DNA of 64,000 nucleotides from Ideonella sp. (GTDB lineage Bacteria; Pseudomonadota; Gammaproteobacteria; Burkholderiales; Burkholderiaceae_C): NCBI GenBank assembly GCA_035911095.1, contig JAMHWF010000005.1, positions 126,093 to 190,092 of the forward strand, read 5' to 3'. Shown piece by piece: positions 62,177 to 64,000 of this stretch (position 1 is its first letter; each line of letters starts with the position of its first letter). The notes under the pieces were generated by a model. It saw only the letters and a program-made list of their open reading frames with translations, ran no database searches and was not told where the DNA came from. The position numbers and the translations under genes were made by a program.

Positions 62177-64000
62177 TCAGAGCGGCACCGTGAGGCGAAT
62201 CACGGTTCCGAAGCCCGGGCCGGATTCGACCAGGCACTGGCCCTGCAGGCCCTTGGCACGCTGCTTCATGCTGGTCATGCCGTGACCGCGGTCGAGCTTG
62301 CCGTCGAGCTCCATCGGAATGCCCTTGCCGTTGTCGCGGATCGTGAGCACGAAGTCGGCATCGCGGATCGCCCCGCTCACGCTGCAGCGCGAGGCGCCGC
62401 TGTGCTTGATGATGTTGCTCACCGCCTCGCGCAGGATGCGCGTCGTCTGCACGTAGGAGCGCGCGGGCAGGGTCTGCGGCAGGTCGTCGACCGGGCTCTG
62501 CCAGTTGGCGCCGATGTTCGCCTGGCCGAGCCGCGAGACGACCTCGGCGCGCCAGTCGCCGAGCGCATCCGACAGGCGCACCGGCTTGCCGGTCAGGCCC
62601 CGCACCGACAGGCGCATCTCCTCCAGCGCCTCGCGCGCGAGCGTCGAGATGCGGTCGCTCTCGCTGGTGTGCACGATCGTCAGCAGCTTGGCGCCGAGAT
62701 CGTCGTGCAGGTCGGCGGCGATGCGCTTGCGCTCGCGCTCGGTCACCTGCTCGACGCGCAGGTCGGCCTGCTGCGCGAACTTGCGCTCGGCTTCGGCCAT
62801 GGCCTCGGCGGCGCGGCGTTCCATCACGCCGCGCGTCGCGCCTTCGGCGGCGCGCAGCGCGGCCACCTCGAGGTAGACTAGGCGCAGGCCGATGATGGTC
62901 AGGCCGATCGGCAGGCCGAGCTGCCACCAGGCCGCCTGGCGCGTCGCCAGGCCGTACTGGCCGGCCAGGTCGGACAGCAGCGTGACGGCCATCACGCCAA
63001 GCAGGGCGAGCATCACCCAGAACTCCTGCTTGCGCACCCGCCAGGCCACGCGCAGCGCAGCGGCGGCGGCGATCGCGACCTCGGCGACGAGCAGCACGTA
63101 CCAGCTGCCCGAGAGGGCGAAGAGCCGTTCCGCGCCGGCCAGCGCCAGGCTCGCCGGCACGACGATGCACTGGGCGAACAAGGCCGATTCGACCTGGCGC
63201 GACTGCATTCCCGCGTAGCGCATCAGGAACAGCACCGCCGCGGCGGCGATCAGCGGCGCGAGCGAGGCGAGCAGCAGCTCGACGCGCTGGCTCGGCATCG
63301 CCGCCTGCAGCGTCGGCCCGGCGGTGAGCACGCCCCAGCCGATCGACACCAGGCTGAACCAGAACAGGTAGGTCTTGCGCGTGTTCAGCCAGCCGACGAC
63401 GACCGTCAGCAGGCCGAGCATCAGCATCGCCGCGCCGATCATCCGCGGCAGGGCGGTGTGGTGAAAGCTCTCGCGCCCGCGCTGGCCTTCGAGCAGCGCA
63501 TACGGGCCGACCTGCGGTGCAGCAAGGCCGGCTGCGCGGTGCACGTCGGCGACGAACGGCCGGGGCAGGCCGCTCAGGCGCAGGTCGACGTGGTTGTCGA
63601 ACGGGTGCCAGAGGCGCGCCGGCAGGTTCATCAGCAGGTCGTCCTGGCAGCCGCCGGGGGTGGTGTCGCCGCCGGCGGCGCCGAGCAGGCGCTCGCCGTT
63701 GAAGTCGATCAGCGGCCGCCCGCACAGGCGCGCGATGTAGAGCGCCTGCGGCGTCGTCGCATCGGCGGGCGGCGCGGGCAGCCTCAGCCGGTACCAGCGG
63801 GTCTCGAGGTGGTCGCCGTCGATGTCGGCGCCGTCGTCGGGCAGGCTCACCGTGGCGGTGGTCGAGGCTTCGGGGGTGTCGGGGTAGCGCGGCGTGTCGG
63901 CGATCACGCGCTCCGCGCGTTCGATCGTGGTGACCGCGTTGGTGGCAGCACCGGGCTGCGCCGCCGCGCCCCCCGCCGCCGCGGCCAGCAGGCAGGCAGC
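62177..64000 (-). CDS. 7TMR-DISM-type sensor histidine kinase (HisKA_3 / HATPase_c), 5' end outside window
   Basis: The frame stays open upstream of the GTG at 63907 to the window edge and encodes a signal-like AACLLAAAAGGAAAQP. The order is extracytoplasmic domain, then about 7 TM segments, then the HisKA_3 H-box (ERKRIAADLHDDLGAKL). The N-box is REAVSNIIKHS and the G-box is DNGKGI...HGMTSM. Confidence 0.85.
   Translation of the reverse strand, partial: AACLLAAAAGGAAAQPGAATNAVTTIERAERVIADTPRYPDTPEASTTATVSLPDDGADIDGDHLETRWYRLRLPAPPADATTPQALYIARLCGRPLIDFNGERLLGAAGGDTTPGGCQDDLLMNLPARLWHPFDNHVDLRLSGLPRPFVADVHRAAGLAAPQVGPYALLEGQRGRESFHHTALPRMIGAAMLMLGLLTVVVGWLNTRKTYLFWFSLVSIGWGVLTAGPTLQAAMPSQRVELLLASLAPLIAAAAVLFLMRYAGMQSRQVESALFAQCIVVPASLALAGAERLFALSGSWYVLLVAEVAIAAAAALRVAWRVRKQEFWVMLALLGVMAVTLLSDLAGQYGLATRQAAWWQLGLPIGLTIIGLRLVYLEVAALRAAEGATRGVMERRAAEAMAEAERKFAQQADLRVEQVTERERKRIAADLHDDLGAKLLTIVHTSESDRISTLAREALEEMRLSVRGLTGKPVRLSDALGDWRAEVVSRLGQANIGANWQSPVDDLPQTLPARSYVQTTRILREAVSNIIKHSGASRCSVSGAIRDADFVLTIRDNGKGIPMELDGKLDRGHGMTSMKQRAKGLQGQCLVESGPGFGTVIRLTVPL

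Overview
Very GC-rich (about 70% or more) chromosomal window. By inference it comes from a betaproteobacterium of the Burkholderiales type, based on orphan Bug/TctC binding proteins, an rsmB-DUF4390-ntrY/ntrX block and pcaIJF genes. At this GC content the ORF track is dominated by spurious antisense and out-of-frame ORFs. I kept only frames with recognisable family motifs, sensible starts/RBS and GC3-rich codons, giving about 48 CDS and one tRNA-Phe. I recognised no rRNA, CRISPR array, transposase or integrase.

Gene content in order:
- a translationally coupled copper/cytochrome trio
- an Fe(3+) ABC transporter with an inverted ATPase gene
- an AEC transporter, proA and lemA
- flavocytochrome c sulfide dehydrogenase (fccAB)
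- a folE-BLUF operon
- rsmB-DUF4390-ntrYX and tRNA-Phe
- a catabolic mosaic (hbd, PcaB-like lyase, GntR, Lrp, rocD, pcaIJ-bug-pcaF)
- a coupled HD-GYP plus PAS-GGDEF-EAL pair
- a cfa-DUF1840-PEBP-phosphatase-DSD1 chain
- ruvB / PCuAC / ruvA
- a LuxR/7TMR-DISM two-component pair

The standout locus is 43.0-58.8 kb. It holds a two-partner secretion system: a ShlB/FhaC-type TpsB followed by a 4416-aa TpsA. The TpsA has a non-canonical repeat of about 135 aa and no CDI toxin markers. A tightly coupled cytoplasmic SapC-family gene follows it. I know of no described function for a TpsB-TpsA-SapC trio, so it is the best candidate for an undescribed system here. All domain calls rest on motif recognition by eye and no database search was run.
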